Below are positions 60,921 to 64,000 of a stretch of 64,000 nucleotides of DNA, one piece after another. The notes under the pieces were generated by a model that saw nothing but the letters and a program-made list of their open reading frames with translations, was not told the DNA's origin and made no database searches. The DNA is from Podarcis erhardii (Eukaryota), in the NCBI GenBank assembly GCA_964252035.1, contig OZ176200.1; one strand, given 5' to 3'. How positions within the stretch are numbered: the stretch's first letter is position 1; each line of letters begins with the position of its first letter. The position numbers were made by a program, and so were the translations under genes.

Positions 60921-62392
60921 TAGGGGGTTCTCCTTTGAGAACAAAGTTGGCATCTGAGTAGACTGGTTTGTTCAGTAATGATTAGTGTATTGTAGCTCAT
61001 CACAGAGAGATCATTTTGGGGTTCAAATGTTAAGCTTTTTAGAAATAATTGCAAAGAAGATTGCGCAATATTCAATATCTTGTTTGCCCAAGGCCAATTG
61101 TGGAGCTATTCATGGACTAAGAAAGATGCAATTGCATTTCTAGGTTGATTGTCACACACTCTCCTGGCAATTTCCTTGGATTGTTTGCAGGACACTGTGC
61201 ATACCATGAAGTCCTCTTACCAAAGACGACAGCCGCAGTAACTGCTGCCTTTTATATGACCAAAGGGACAGTGACCATACTTTTCTGTCTGCAACATTTG
61301 GTGGGACCCGAGATATTTTTTTTTTTGCAAAGGCAAAAGGTTACCTACCCTCTCCCTGCATGCCATGATGCTGATCGGAAACACCACAGCTATAAATTTC
61401 CAAACACATTTGATTTGCACATTTAAAGCATCATCGTCACATTTGGCCCTTAGCTGAAACTAATAAAGGTATTACCTCACTACTACTTTTGGATGATCAG
61501 AAAGAGGCATTGAGTAGTAGAGGTGTATCTGAATTTTACAGAGCCTTTATACAACAGAGTAGATGTGTCATTCTGCACACTTGATCAAGATAATGCCCGG
61601 GAATTGAAAGTGAGAGGCTGCTGACTGAAAGGACTCCTTTGCATCTCAGCCAAGGTTACTTTGCCACCAAATGTGGGAAAATATCCAAAAACAAAGGCAG
61701 TATCTGTGATTATTCATGTGTTAATGCTTAGAGGCCCTTTGTTTCTGCTGCAAATTCTAGCTGCTGAAGAATTGCAAGTTTGGCACTAACAAACAGAGGT
61801 TAAACTGCTTTGTTTGTTTGTTTGTTTGTTTGTTCTTTACCAATATATTATTTGAGGAATGGCCTTGTGCAAAATGATACAAGAGGTGTATCCTCTGGAG
61901 ACTGCCTTTGGGAATCTCACTGAAATTGTTTCAATGACCTTCACCAATGACATTTCACCAAGGCAAGGCACTTAAAATTCACTTTAAACTTGGATTTATG
62001 CAAAATTCAGGGCCTGGGAAATAGATTACAAACGCCATTTCTTAAAAGCTGGATTGTGGCCATGGGTGGAATGCAGATCTCATTTCAGCAGGAGGAGTAT
62101 TAACCCATCTCTTTAGGCTGTCCCCCCCCCTTCACTCGAAATAGGCTCCACTTCTCCTGCTTGCCTACCTGCAGGAGAAAGGATTTGAATGCCTCGTTTC
62201 TTGGATGGGGTAGCAGTTAGTGAGAAAATGGTCAAAGGCAGAAAGGGGTTAAGTATACAGATAAGAAAACCTTTCCCTTGTAGACAGCAATGTGGGGCAG
62301 ATGATTACCCAGTGGATTATTTTTCTGTGGAAAATGCTCTGTTTCATAAGTTAATTAGTAATGGTGAATGAATGCCAGTTGCAAATACAATA

Positions 62393-62618
62393 CAGTGGTA
62401 CCTCGGGTTACAGATGCTTCAGGTTACAGACTCCGCTAACCCAGAAATAGTACCTCGGGTTAAGATCTTTGCTTCAGGATGAGAACAGAAATCGCGTGGC
62501 GGCAGCGCAGCGGCACTGGGAGGCCCCATTAACTAAAGTGGTACCTCAGGTTAAGAACTGTTTCAGGTTAAGAACAGACCTCCAGAACGAATTAAGTTCT
62601 TAACCAGAGGTAACACTG
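62393..62618. mobile_element. Tc1/mariner (Tigger-like) MITE
   Basis: Same family as 25030-25246. TA on the left; right end slightly mutated. Confidence 0.88.
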
Positions 62619-62891
62619 TGTTAGGTAAGCATGGGAGTTTAGCTTCATTAACTAAATACAAGTAAAGCAAACAAGCTAAATTAGATCACTCTCTAGGGCA
62701 CCAGAACAATTTCCAAAGCAAACTGAACATTTGTCAATGCAAATTAATATAGGGAAAAATTCTAGTTCAAAATTTTGTAGAAGACCATCTGCAGCTGCAT
62801 TTCAGTTTTATTTTGTTTTGTTTTTAAAATCAGTTTCACATTTCCAAACATATTGGGCTTTAGTGGTGATTTTAGCCTTTTGATATACTAA

Positions 62892-63240
62892 GGGATGTGG
62901 GTGGCACTGTGGGTTAAACCACAGAGCCTGGGACTTGCCGATCAGAAGTTCGGCGGTTCGAATCCCCGCGATGGGGTGAGCTCCCATTGCTTGGTCCCTG
63001 CTCCTGCCAACCTAGCAGTTCGAAAGCACATCAGAGTACAAGTAGATAAATAGGTACCGCTCTGGCGGGAAGGTAAACAGCATTTCCATGAGCTGCTCTG
63101 GTTTGCCAGAAGCGGCTTAGTCATGCTGGTCACATGACCTGGAAGGTTTATGCCGACTCCCTCGGCAAATAAAGCAAGATGAGCGCCGCAACCCCAGAGT
63201 CGGCCACAACTGGTCCTAATGGTCAGGGGTCCCTTTCCCT
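62892..63240 (+). mobile_element. Sauria SINE, near full length
   Basis: GGGATGTGGGTGGCACTGTGGG head, GGTTCGAATCC B box, conserved body and ccctttccct tail. Confidence 0.92.
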
Positions 63241-64000
63241 ATACAAAGGTACGGTATGCTAAACACTCTGACCATTACTATGTGCGATCCTTGAGAGCTT
63301 GCTTCACGGCAAAATTTTGCAAAAGGGTAGTTAATCCTAAAAACACAGGTGCTTGTCTTTTTTTATTTATAAAAATAGTAGCCTCTTGGGTAGTGCAATA
63401 TAACAAAGGTAGAAATGCTTTCTGTTTATTGAACCTGTCAAACACAGATACCCTCAAGCTATTTCAAGGCATTCTCTGAAACAATGAAGGCTAAATATAT
63501 ATTACTTTTTCAAGCCTAGAAATACCACTACGCTTTGCAATGAAGCTGCTTGGATGCAGTCCACAGGCAGCATCACCTCTATGCCTGCTGTGTTTGGTCT
63601 TGTTTTCATTTCTCAGCTCAGCCCAAAAGTTATAAAAATTTCAGTTTGTAACAGTCCCAGCCCAAATTTCAAGTGGTGAGAGTAGAAAGTTGTAATTTTT
63701 CCCTGATCCACCCCAGAAAGAACAGGCATAGTAGCCTGAATGAGGAATATCAATTTACTCTATGTTAGAAAACATGGCTAAGCCCTAAGAAGGTCCACAC
63801 AGAGTTTCAGTTGTCATTCTAATGTGCTTATAACCCACATTTGAAGTTCTGTAGCCGTGTTGATTATGAAGACCACTATTGATAGTTTTCAGATGGTCCC
63901 ATTAACACTCTGCATAGTTATTAGCCTAATGGTGTTATAACTCCTTCTCAAATGTTGTTTCTGTATGTAGTCCTAATTATTAATTTCCTGACCCACAAGC

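Noticed and set aside
62892-62975. tRNA-like sequence with a B box (also ~42693-42760 and ~21425-21490)
   Set aside because: These are SINE heads followed by a SINE body or tail, not tRNA genes.

Overview
Vertebrate genomic DNA, most likely from a lacertid-type lizard (inferred from Sauria SINEs, BovB and the MITE families present). The window holds the 5' half of SLC25A22 (mitochondrial glutamate carrier GC1) on the + strand. A CpG-island promoter at ~0.5-2 kb carries putative non-coding first exon(s). A ~37 kb first intron follows, then four coding exons (37987-38006, 46512-46637, 47764-47819, 59612-59702) that splice in frame to [16 protein letters not shown]...RHHLARDG. The gene continues beyond the window. 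The introns are rich in transposable elements: a full-length but disrupted antisense L1 (17-bp TSD), a young 5'-truncated L1 (19-bp TSD), BovB, Sauria SINEs, L2 fragments, and many hAT-, Tigger- and Harbinger-like MITEs. Three observations stand out. (1) A 1.87-kb TSD-flanked element has L1-like 5' and 3' ends but carries a single intact 191-aa orphan ORF instead of ORF1/ORF2. (2) A Penelope-derived minimal hammerhead ribozyme motif with an intact core lies in sense 30 nt downstream of a coding-exon donor. (3) Covarying hairpins and a possible intron occur in the L1-type 5' UTRs. Family names for the small repeats come from recalled consensus motifs, not from database searches.
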